In this document: in pieces, positions 26,732 through 34,410 of the stretch
Layout of the letters: every line of letters begins with the position of its first letter
Position numbering within the stretch: the stretch's first letter is position 1
The notes under the pieces: model-generated
What the model saw: the letters and a program-made list of their open reading frames with translations, nothing else
Told to the model about the DNA's origin: nothing
Database searches by the model: none
Translations under genes and position numbers: made by a program
Source: a virus
Taxonomy: Duplodnaviria; Caudoviricetes
DNA length: 53,258 nucleotides
IMG/VR virus record: IMGVR_UViG_3300036046_000007
Location: 1-53,258 of that record
Direction: 5' to 3' (one strand)

Positions 26732-26957
26732 TCTTGCTTTCCACTCGGTATGCGGCTGAGCTCCCATCTTGCCCGCTTGGGGCCGCTCCGCCAATGATTT
26801 CCTCCAGCAATTGTGTCGCGAACTTGAGTAACTCGACTGACTTAACCAGATCTGCCCTGCTGGCCTTTCCCCTCACGAGCGCCATCCCTGGGCCGTGCAA
26901 GGACTGACAGATCACTTTGTGTGCTTCAGCCAGTTTCCGCTGCGTCGCCGACGACAT
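26715..26957 (-). CDS. hypothetical protein
   Basis: 80 aa filling the gap before nrdA, GGAG RBS. Confidence 0.5.
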   Translation of the reverse strand: MSSATQRKLAEAHKVICQSLHGPGMALVRGKASRADLVKSVELLKFATQLLEEIIGGAAPSGQDGSSAAYRVESKNADRP

Positions 26958-27111
26958 CGACTTCCACTCCGATGCAGGTGATCGTGACCCGGTTCAAGTC
27001 ACCGGCCTCGATCTCGATCTTCGTGACCTTCATATCAGCAGTGATGTCGTTCCCCTGATCGTCCAGGATCTTCGTATCGTGCGAGAAGCCGGTTGTGTTC
27101 ACTACGCGCAT
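26926..27111 (-). CDS. hypothetical protein
   Basis: 61 aa, strong AAGGAGG RBS. Confidence 0.7.
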   Translation of the reverse strand: MRVVNTTGFSHDTKILDDQGNDITADMKVTKIEIEAGDLNRVTITCIGVEVDVVGDAAETG

Positions 27112-27421
27112 GGGCTTGCCTCCTTACCTTCCGTTCTTGATTGATTTCCTTGGGCACCACTTCGATATGCTCTGGGTTCACGCACATGGAGAAATGGCAG
27201 GTGTGGTCGCGGTGATGCCCAGGAGGGCACTCCTCGCCCTTCAGCACCTCGCTGGAGAAGCGGTGGGCGCGGACCGTCTGCTTGCCCAGGCGGAAGGATC
27301 CATACCACTTCCGGTTGCCCTTGCCCCGGCTGCGCGCGCCGGTCCAATACCAGCAGCCGTTGGGGAGCTTCTCCACATAGCCGAAGAAGCGCTTGATGTC
27401 ATTGATCGACGCGCGCAGCAT
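27035..27421 (-). CDS. HNH endonuclease
   Basis: GCWYWTG...YGSF...RAHRFS...DHTC...CVNPEH...N zinc-binding HNH pattern. Confidence 0.88.
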   Translation of the reverse strand: MLRASINDIKRFFGYVEKLPNGCWYWTGARSRGKGNRKWYGSFRLGKQTVRAHRFSSEVLKGEECPPGHHRDHTCHFSMCVNPEHIEVVPKEINQERKVRRQAHARSEHNRLLARYEDPGRSGERHHC

Positions 27422-27824
27422 GAGCCCTCACTTTCTCAGTCATCTCGTCCAGCATGGCGTGGGTCCACATGCGCGCAGCCGGGTGCGGCATGAAGATGGT
27501 GTGCTCGAACTCGTGGCCGCTCAGGCCATAGGTCTTCTCAGCAACCTTGCCACAGACCAGCAGCAAGTCGAAGGGCGCAATCAGCTCCAGGTTCTCCAAG
27601 AGCCAGGCTGGGTCGGGGGTGCCGTGTTGGTTGGGGCCAGTGACCAGCTGTGGGCAGGCATTGGTGACCACCAGCTCGTGGTCGTGCCCCACGATGCGGT
27701 AGAGGCGCTTGCCAGTGAAGTTGGCCGGGTTGATCCGATACTGACGCGGGGCCTGGGTGTAGCCAGCACGGCTCGTGCGCTGCCGCCAATCCCACATCGT
27801 CTCCAGGACCGCGACCACCTTCAT
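27399..27824 (-). CDS. hypothetical protein, possible uracil-DNA glycosylase-like fold
   Basis: TGKRL, VTNAC, LLLVCGKVA and MPHPAAR motifs resemble the UDG superfamily layout. Confidence 0.5.
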   Translation of the reverse strand: MKVVAVLETMWDWRQRTSRAGYTQAPRQYRINPANFTGKRLYRIVGHDHELVVTNACPQLVTGPNQHGTPDPAWLLENLELIAPFDLLLVCGKVAEKTYGLSGHEFEHTIFMPHPAARMWTHAMLDEMTEKVRAHAARVDQ

Positions 27825-29056
27825 ACCTTCACCACCGTCAGCTTGTCCGCCGCGCGGGTGATGCCAGTGTAGAGCCAGCGGTGCCGGTCAGCGCGGAAGC
27901 AGAAGCTCTCGTCGAACAGCAGCACGTTGCTCCACTGGCTGCCCTGGGCCTTGTGGACGGTCATGGCGTAGCCGTAGTCGAACTCCTCGGCTTCCCTGCG
28001 CTCCCACCAAGCCATCTGCTCGTCACAGTCGGTGAAGTAGGAGCGGTGAGCTTCTACCTGAAGCGGCTCCCCGCCATCCTCTGGGCTGACTTCCATGAAC
28101 ACCCGGTCGTCGGTGACCGCGCCCACATCTGTGGCGTGCCAGACGGCTCCGTTCAGCAGACCCTTCTCATGATTGTTGCGCAGGCACACCAGCTTGTCGC
28201 CGGGCTCAGGCGCGTCCATCCTCGTTCGGCCCAGGAGGTTGCGCATGCGCCGGTTGTAATTGTGTCGCGACTTGTTCCGGCCCACCAGCAACTGATCTGC
28301 ACCCAGGGCGATCTCGGCGTTCATGTCCTCTACGTCGATGACACGGCACATGTCGTCGCCCCCAATGGAGACGCGGTTGCCCTGGCGCACCTCTGTGGCC
28401 AAGCGGATGATGGGGCTCTCGGCAGCTTGCCGGTGGATCTCTTCCAGCATCACATCAGGCGTGTGGTCCTCGGTGAAGAAGCCACCGCCCATGACCGGGG
28501 GCAGCTGGGCCGGGTCGCCCAGGACGAGCACCTTGGTCCCGAAGCTGAGCAAGTCCTCGCCCATGCGCCCATCGACCATCGAGCACTCGTCGATGATGAC
28601 CAAGTCTGCGCTGCGAACCTCACTGTCGGGGTTCAAGCTGAACGCAGGCTGGCTCAGGTGGGCACGCTCACGCTTCAGCATGTCACGCAGATCCTGCACG
28701 CGGCGATTGTCGTCGATCTGTGCGTCGGTCGCGCCATCGCGCCGGAGCTCCAAGAGCAGCTGAGCCAGCTGCGCTTCAGTCTCCTTGAGCTGCGCGCGGC
28801 TCTTGTCCTTGGTGTGGTAGATTAGGGAGTGGATCGTTGAAGCGCCGTCGCATCCCTTGGTGCGCAGCACATGTGCCGCTTTGCCAGTGAACGCCGCGAA
28901 CAGAGGATAGTGCGCCGCCTCAGCCAACAGCATGGCCAGCGTGGTCTTGCCGGTGCCCGCGTAACCGAACAGGCGGAACACCTGCTGAGCAGTCGGGTCA
29001 GTGCGCCAGGCTTCGACAGCCTTCAGCGCCCGATCCTGTTCAAGGGATGGGGTCAT
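27821..29056 (-). CDS. Dda/RecD-like SF1 helicase
   Basis: GYAGTGKTT, AFTGKAA, TIHSLIY, IIDECSMV, GDPAQLPPV, YAMTVHKAQGSQW, LYTGITRA. Confidence 0.93.
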   Translation of the reverse strand: MTPSLEQDRALKAVEAWRTDPTAQQVFRLFGYAGTGKTTLAMLLAEAAHYPLFAAFTGKAAHVLRTKGCDGASTIHSLIYHTKDKSRAQLKETEAQLAQLLLELRRDGATDAQIDDNRRVQDLRDMLKRERAHLSQPAFSLNPDSEVRSADLVIIDECSMVDGRMGEDLLSFGTKVLVLGDPAQLPPVMGGGFFTEDHTPDVMLEEIHRQAAESPIIRLATEVRQGNRVSIGGDDMCRVIDVEDMNAEIALGADQLLVGRNKSRHNYNRRMRNLLGRTRMDAPEPGDKLVCLRNNHEKGLLNGAVWHATDVGAVTDDRVFMEVSPEDGGEPLQVEAHRSYFTDCDEQMAWWERREAEEFDYGYAMTVHKAQGSQWSNVLLFDESFCFRADRHRWLYTGITRAADKLTVVKV

Positions 29057-29078
29057 GGGTGTGCTCCAGCGAAGGGGT

Positions 29079-29155
29079 GGAGGCGGTGGGGTGGGCCGCT
29101 GTTACGCAAGCCTCCAACCCACCCGGAGATGGATCAGGCGTGGCCCACCGCCTCC
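29079..29155. repeat. 12-bp inverted repeat enclosing about 53 nt of intergenic sequence
   Basis: GGAGGCGGTGGG (29079-29090) pairs with CCCACCGCCTCC (29144-29155). Confidence 0.55.
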
Positions 29156-29176
29156 TGTTCAGCCTGAGGTCAAGCC

Positions 29177-30004
29177 TCAGAACGGAACGTCGTCGTCCCC
29201 GTCGCCGGAGCCACCACCGGAGCCCCCGGTGGCCTTGCCCTCGTTGGCGTAGTCGGCCTTGGCCGCGCCGGAGCGGACCATCTCGATGAGGCCGGTGGCC
29301 GCTTCGAGCAGGTGGCGCTCGCCGCCCGGATCGATCATGGAGCCGCGCCAGTCGGTGCCGGTCGGCTTGGCCATGAACTGATACCAGACGCCGCTGTCGT
29401 TCTTCTCCTTGGTGCACTTCAGCATCACCTTGAAGGCGAACAGCGGGGGCTTGCCCTTGATCATCCGCAGCGCGGTGAGCAGGGTCCGGAACGGCTTGAT
29501 GTTGGTCGACTTCAGCGGCAGCACCGCGAAGCTCTCCACCTGCGACAGATCCTGCGAGAGGATATTGCCGTAGGCGTAGTAGGTCTCGACCAAGTCGTTG
29601 CCGTTGGCGAGCTTGATGCCCACCACCGAGCCCTTGTTCTTCTGGATCTCTTCGAGGACGAAGGGATCGTCGGGCTGGTAGCGACCGGCAATGCCGCCGC
29701 CACTGTCGCGCGGGATCCACTCGACGAACATGCGCTCGAAGTCGACGAGCTGGAAGGGCACGCCCTCCTTCTCGCCATCGTAGAGATCGCCGGTGATGGT
29801 ATTGTAGTACCGCCCCGGCTTCGCGTTGTCGTTGTCGCCCTCGGTGACAATCGGGCTCATGGGCTGGAGGATGGCGAGGAACGGGATGAGAAGCTCATCC
29901 TTGCCCACCTTGTCCATGCCCATGCCGGCATATTCACCGTAGTCGTATGCTGCCACCGCGCCGCCTTCCGGCTGCTTCGCGGGGACGTTCTTGGTACCGG
30001 CCAT
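29177..30004 (-). CDS. probable single-stranded DNA-binding protein
   Basis: Gly-rich linker and acidic DDDVPF C-terminus; located in the replication module. Confidence 0.75.
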   Translation of the reverse strand: MAGTKNVPAKQPEGGAVAAYDYGEYAGMGMDKVGKDELLIPFLAILQPMSPIVTEGDNDNAKPGRYYNTITGDLYDGEKEGVPFQLVDFERMFVEWIPRDSGGGIAGRYQPDDPFVLEEIQKNKGSVVGIKLANGNDLVETYYAYGNILSQDLSQVESFAVLPLKSTNIKPFRTLLTALRMIKGKPPLFAFKVMLKCTKEKNDSGVWYQFMAKPTGTDWRGSMIDPGGERHLLEAATGLIEMVRSGAAKADYANEGKATGGSGGGSGDGDDDVPF

Positions 30005-30098
30005 GTGTGGCCTCCTTCCGTGTTGCGCTGGGGAAACACCCGCCCGAGCTCAGGTTGTGCCCTGCCGGGCCGCTCACCACTAACCAGGTGACGGTAAC

Positions 30099-30665
30099 TC
30101 AGTCCTTGTCGCGCAGCGTGATCTTGGTCGAGCGCTGACGGAACACCCCGAAGGCGTCCATGGGAATATCAACCCCGGCCTCCAGCTGCTCCGTGACGAA
30201 GCTGGCCAGGGTCGAGGGGTGAATGGTATCGGAGCGGGCAACATTGACCGGCTTCTTGCGCTTCTTCAAGTCCGCCTCGAACTTGCGCGCCCACGCCTGG
30301 TCATCCTTGCCGAACTGGATCTTGAACTCGCGCTTGATCAGATCATCGTGGCCGTGTTCCTCCAGCCAATCGAACGCGGGCTTCTCGCGCCCCTTGGGGA
30401 GCGACCCACGGATCTTTTCCTGCACCTTGACGATGATGCCATCGCGGGTCTCACAGGTGGACATCTCTGCCTCGTCCATGAGCGCGGGCAGCGTTTCCTC
30501 GGAGATACGGCGCAGCCGCGCCTGGGCTTCCTTCAGCGCGTCCTGGCAGCGCTCCACCTCAGCCTCGGCTTCCTTCTGCTCCAGAGCGGTGACGCTGATC
30601 TGGGCCAGCAGGTTGTCGCCCGGCCCTTCCTTGAATTCACTGTAATCGGGGATCTTGGCAGCCAT
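30099..30665 (-). CDS. replication-module hypothetical protein
   Basis: 188 aa, AFDWLEEHGHDDLIK...IHPSTLASFV; AAGGGAG RBS. Confidence 0.75.
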   Translation of the reverse strand: MAAKIPDYSEFKEGPGDNLLAQISVTALEQKEAEAEVERCQDALKEAQARLRRISEETLPALMDEAEMSTCETRDGIIVKVQEKIRGSLPKGREKPAFDWLEEHGHDDLIKREFKIQFGKDDQAWARKFEADLKKRKKPVNVARSDTIHPSTLASFVTEQLEAGVDIPMDAFGVFRQRSTKITLRDKD

Positions 30666-30666
30666 G

Positions 30667-31077
30667 TTACTCCCTTTCTTGGTCTTGGTCGATGTATGCC
30701 CCACTCGGTTCCTCGCCGCAATCAGCATCGTCGCGGAAGATGTCACGAGCTTCGATCGCAGTATATGACCCAGAGCGACCATGCCACTGCAGCACCTTGA
30801 TGTTGCCGTTATTCCGGTCGGCAGCGATCGCGAACGCAAGGCCCAGGAGGGTGGGGTTGCCGGTCAGCAAAAGGTAATCGGCTGGGCCGAAGCCTGCCAG
30901 CTTCTCGTGCAGCTCGTTGATGATCGGGGCCAGGACGAAGGGGCGCGCCTGGTCGTTCAGCAAGAACTGGATCTCGCCGAACTCCTCCGCCGGGCCGTAG
31001 TCGAACTTGGGCACCAGCTCCCCGGTGCGGTTGTCGCGGTGCAGCGCGTTCTGGACAACATAGACAGTCATAGCCAT
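30667..31077 (-). CDS. hypothetical protein
   Basis: 136 aa, AEEFGEI...DYLLLTGNP; packed between neighbours. Confidence 0.75.
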   Translation of the reverse strand: MAMTVYVVQNALHRDNRTGELVPKFDYGPAEEFGEIQFLLNDQARPFVLAPIINELHEKLAGFGPADYLLLTGNPTLLGLAFAIAADRNNGNIKVLQWHGRSGSYTAIEARDIFRDDADCGEEPSGAYIDQDQERE

Positions 31078-32546
31078 TCCCTCAGCTCGTCGCCGGTGAT
31101 CTGGGAGGCGATGTCACGCTTGCCCCGCAGGTTATTGATGATGTGGCGAGCCACGGTCGGTCGACCATCGGCCAGCCGCGCCTCGAAGTCAGTATACTCC
31201 ACCTGGTCATCTTGGCCAATACGGTGCGCCCGGTCCTCGCTCTGCACCCGGTCGACGTAGCGGAAGCTGTTCTCTGGGTAGAGCACGAACTTGGCCTGCA
31301 CCAGCGTAAGCCCGGTCGCGCCCTTCTGGCTGTTGCCAATGAACCACTGAGCGTCCCCGGCCTGGAAGGCGAGCTTGGACCGTTCATTCTCATCCTCGTC
31401 GAGGGTGCCGTCGTAGCGAACGGCTGACTTGCCCAGGCGCTCCATGAGGAGATCGATCGTGCGGGTGAAGCGGCACCAGATGATGCCGGGCCGATGGATG
31501 GCGGCGCACACCTCCTCCACCTCGTCGAGCATTGGGTTCTTCTTGCCAATCAGCTCATAGGGCTCTTCCAGGCCCTCCACTCCGACATAGCCAGAGATGA
31601 TCTGCTGCAGCCGGAGCAGTCGCACGATTGCGAGCTCCGCGTCGATGAGCCCGCCACCCTCGGTCTCGGCAGCATATTCGTCGCGCACCTGCGTGTAGAG
31701 CGCGTTCTGCTCGGGCGTGAGCGTGTAGTAGCGGCGGGTATAGAGCTTGGGTGGCAGATCCAGCACGTCGTCCTTGGTGACGCGCGAGCCAATCGTGTCC
31801 ACATGTGCCTTCAGCTGGTCGAGGTTCTTGTAATCGATCAGCTTGTCGTAGCCGGGATCGTAGCCGTGATCCTCCTGAAACTCAGCGGCGGTATACCACT
31901 CGCCGAACTTGAACTTGAACACGCGGAAGCTGCCCAGGCGGAGACGCTCCCAGAACTGCTCAGCCAGGAACTTCACCTGCGTGTAGAGATCAAACGGGCC
32001 AGTGGCGATGGGCGTCCCGGTCAGCAGGCGACGGAACGGCGCGTAGCGACCTGAAGCGACCAGGCGCTTGGTGCGCTTCGCCCCCGGCGTCTTGATGTAG
32101 TGACCCTCGTCCAGGATATAGAGCGCGCGGCGATTGCGCAGCATGCGCCAGAGGTAATTCTTCCCCCGGTCGGTCATCACTGCGTCGTAATTCATGAACA
32201 ACCAGGACAGGCCCTGGTGCTTGATGAGCGCATCCTGCTCGGCGATGTTGCCCTTGTTCCCGGCGCGCTTGGTGTCCCAGATCAGTGCTTTGGACTTCGC
32301 CGCCACCCGCTTGGGCAGGTGGGCCGGGATCTCGTCTGTGAGCCAGTTGCGGTGCACACCGGAAGGGGCGACGATGATGACTGCGTCGATCTTGCCCTGC
32401 TCCCAAAGCCAAGCAGCCGTATCGATCATCGGCTTGGTCTTGCCGGTGCCCTGCTCCCAGAACAGCGCGCGCTCGCTCATCTCGCGGGAGAGCTCGAACT
32501 CCTCGCGCTGGTGGGCGAACGGCTCGGTCTTGTATTCGTAGTCCAC
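31068..32546 (-). CDS. SNF2-family SF2 helicase
   Basis: EQGTGKT, ILDEGHYIK, LLTGTP, GLTL, QSEDRAHRIGQ. Confidence 0.93.
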   Translation of the reverse strand: MDYEYKTEPFAHQREEFELSREMSERALFWEQGTGKTKPMIDTAAWLWEQGKIDAVIIVAPSGVHRNWLTDEIPAHLPKRVAAKSKALIWDTKRAGNKGNIAEQDALIKHQGLSWLFMNYDAVMTDRGKNYLWRMLRNRRALYILDEGHYIKTPGAKRTKRLVASGRYAPFRRLLTGTPIATGPFDLYTQVKFLAEQFWERLRLGSFRVFKFKFGEWYTAAEFQEDHGYDPGYDKLIDYKNLDQLKAHVDTIGSRVTKDDVLDLPPKLYTRRYYTLTPEQNALYTQVRDEYAAETEGGGLIDAELAIVRLLRLQQIISGYVGVEGLEEPYELIGKKNPMLDEVEEVCAAIHRPGIIWCRFTRTIDLLMERLGKSAVRYDGTLDEDENERSKLAFQAGDAQWFIGNSQKGATGLTLVQAKFVLYPENSFRYVDRVQSEDRAHRIGQDDQVEYTDFEARLADGRPTVARHIINNLRGKRDIASQITGDELREWL

Positions 32547-32604
32547 TCAGCTCCCTTTCTTGCTCCCCTCGTCGCGGGCCGTCCGGGTCCGGGGCAATCA
32601 CGAA

Positions 32605-32774
32605 CTCGACCTGCCCAGGGAGGCACCGCAAGTCGAGTGCAGTCGAGCGCGGATTTTGCTGGAATTCCGGAGGGTTCTTAACTAACTCTACTTACTCTAC
32701 TAGAAGAGAAGTAGAGTAAGAAGGCTGCCGTCCTCCGGAACGCCTGGGCAGTCGAGCTCGTCGAGTAAGTCGAG
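32605..32774. repeat. nested inverted repeats with an AT-rich core and AGTCGAG iterons (candidate origin)
   Basis: Arms at 32605-19/32743-56, 32665-73/32732-40 and 32691-701/32710-20; AGTCGAG at 32631, 32641, 32750 and 32768. Confidence 0.7.
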
Positions 32775-32786
32775 CGAGCCCTGCAA

Positions 32787-32999
32787 TTACAACGACTTAG
32801 CAGCCTCCAGCTTGGCCTGCAGTCGAGCGTGGGCCTCGTCGTTGTCGAGGCGCTTGTCGGCCAGAGCGGCCTTGGCCACCTCCTGGTCGTCCTCGCCCAG
32901 GGTGGAAGCCACCGCCTCGTAGAGCTCGACGAAGCGGTCCGTCAGCTCATCCACGTTGACGCGCATGAGCACGTCGAGAAGGGTTGCAAGCAGGTTCAC
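32787..32999 (-). CDS. lysis-cassette accessory protein
   Basis: 70 aa, helical, GTGA-coupled to the lipoprotein. Confidence 0.65.
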   Translation of the reverse strand: MNLLATLLDVLMRVNVDELTDRFVELYEAVASTLGEDDQEVAKAALADKRLDNDEAHARLQAKLEAAKSL

Positions 33000-33358
33000 G
33001 ACTGGTCTCCCCGGACAAGGGCCATCGCCTCGGCGATGAGCTGGGTCGCGGCGGCGGTCGCCTCCGCATATGTGGCAGTGTTGCCGGCATCGTAGGCCTG
33101 ACGAGCGAGCAGAACCGAAGTGTAGATGCGACGGTCATAGTCCTGCATGGTAGCTGCCAGTGGACCCTTGATGAGCCCCAGGTCGACGCCGGTTTCGACG
33201 AAGGCCACCCAGCCCTGGTAGACGGTCTCGACGCCCAGGGCGACGCGCTCGTCCACGATGGTCTGGTCAGCGACCGGGCCGGGACCAGGTGCATTGGTGA
33301 GCGCGCAGCCGCTGAGCAGAGCCAGCGCGGCGAGCGGAGCGAGGAAGCGCTTCAGCAT
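32996..33358 (-). CDS. lipoprotein, spanin candidate
   Basis: MLKRFLAPLAALALLSGC lipobox; follows the holin. Confidence 0.75.
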   Translation of the reverse strand: MLKRFLAPLAALALLSGCALTNAPGPGPVADQTIVDERVALGVETVYQGWVAFVETGVDLGLIKGPLAATMQDYDRRIYTSVLLARQAYDAGNTATYAEATAAATQLIAEAMALVRGDQS

Positions 33359-33359
33359 A

Positions 33360-33599
33360 TCAGTATCCCCGATCCTTGGCAGTGATCTGGGGCGCGTAGC
33401 GCTGCACGATGCGAGAGCGCATCGCCCAGATGTCGGCGACACCGCCCGCGACGAGCACGATCAGGTTGACGAGTTGTTCCTGGTCCTCGGGCGCGACATT
33501 GTCGGACAGCCCGGTGAGGACGAAGACCTTCGAGAGGATGGAGACGATCGCGGCCCAGATGACCTGCGAGCGATACCATGGCATGGTGCTGGGGATCAT
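33360..33599 (-). CDS. holin
   Basis: 79 aa, PWYRSQVIW followed by two TM helices; adjacent to the endolysin. Confidence 0.8.
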   Translation of the reverse strand: MIPSTMPWYRSQVIWAAIVSILSKVFVLTGLSDNVAPEDQEQLVNLIVLVAGGVADIWAMRSRIVQRYAPQITAKDRGY

Positions 33600-33600
33600 G

Positions 33601-34371
33601 TTACACTCCTAGATGATCGGCGATCGCGTCGGCGATGGCCTGACCCGCACGCGTCGACCAGTCCGGCATCTCGGCGACCGGGGGCTTGTCTGGGTTCTGC
33701 GCATGGATGAAATAGGGCTCGACGAGAACGGCGGTTGGCACTCCAGCGGCGCGAGCACCGCTGAGGACTGCCAAGCCCATCTCGCGGGCTCCCTTGTTGG
33801 TGATGCCGAGCTCCTTGGCCACCCGCTCCGCCACGAGCTTGGCGAGCGTCTTGTCGCCTTCCGTGGTGTTGCGCGAGCCGTAGAGAGCGAGCGAGTATTG
33901 CGCCGGGCCAGCCGCCGCATTGTGGTGGAACGACACCAGCACGTCGAAGCCCTTGGCCGCGAGCCCTGCGTTGTAATTCTCCAGGCTCTCATCGGCCACA
34001 CGGCTCTCGACGCCGCGCTCAGCCAGGCGTGCCGCCAGGGCCTGTGCACCGATTTCATTGAGCGTATGCTCGTTGGGGCCATTCGGCGCGTGCACCGCGC
34101 CAGGATCGAAGCCGCCCGGCTTCTGGCCGTGACCGATGTCGATGAAGACCCGCTTGCCGCTCTTGGAGGGCTTGACCGCAGCGGGCTTGGGCATCGTGGT
34201 TGCGCCGCCCAGGGCGTCGAGCACTGCGTTGAGGGTTTCGGAGTTGTCCCAGAAGGTCCGGGGACCGAGATCTCCGTCGACAGCAATGTCGTATCCCTGT
34301 TCGCGCAGCCGTCGCTGAATGTGCCAGACGGTGAGCGAGCCGGTGGGCTTAGTTGCGATGCTCTTGGCCAT
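33601..34371 (-). CDS. endolysin, N-acetylmuramoyl-L-alanine amidase (Amidase_3) with N-terminal PG-binding motif
   Basis: IQRRL...VDGDLGPRT; IDIGHG, NEH, SFHHNA, VLVEPYFI zinc-binding and catalytic residues. Confidence 0.9.
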   Translation of the reverse strand: MAKSIATKPTGSLTVWHIQRRLREQGYDIAVDGDLGPRTFWDNSETLNAVLDALGGATTMPKPAAVKPSKSGKRVFIDIGHGQKPGGFDPGAVHAPNGPNEHTLNEIGAQALAARLAERGVESRVADESLENYNAGLAAKGFDVLVSFHHNAAAGPAQYSLALYGSRNTTEGDKTLAKLVAERVAKELGITNKGAREMGLAVLSGARAAGVPTAVLVEPYFIHAQNPDKPPVAEMPDWSTRAGQAIADAIADHLGV

Positions 34372-34377
34372 GGTCGT

Positions 34378-34406
34378 CTCTTACCTCATGCTGATCAATA
34401 GGGCAA
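34378..34406 (-). promoter_or_regulatory. possible promoter TTGCCC-N17-TAAGAG for the lysis cassette
   Basis: Matches the recurring consensus in the short intergenic gap. Confidence 0.45.
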
Positions 34407-34410
34407 GCCG

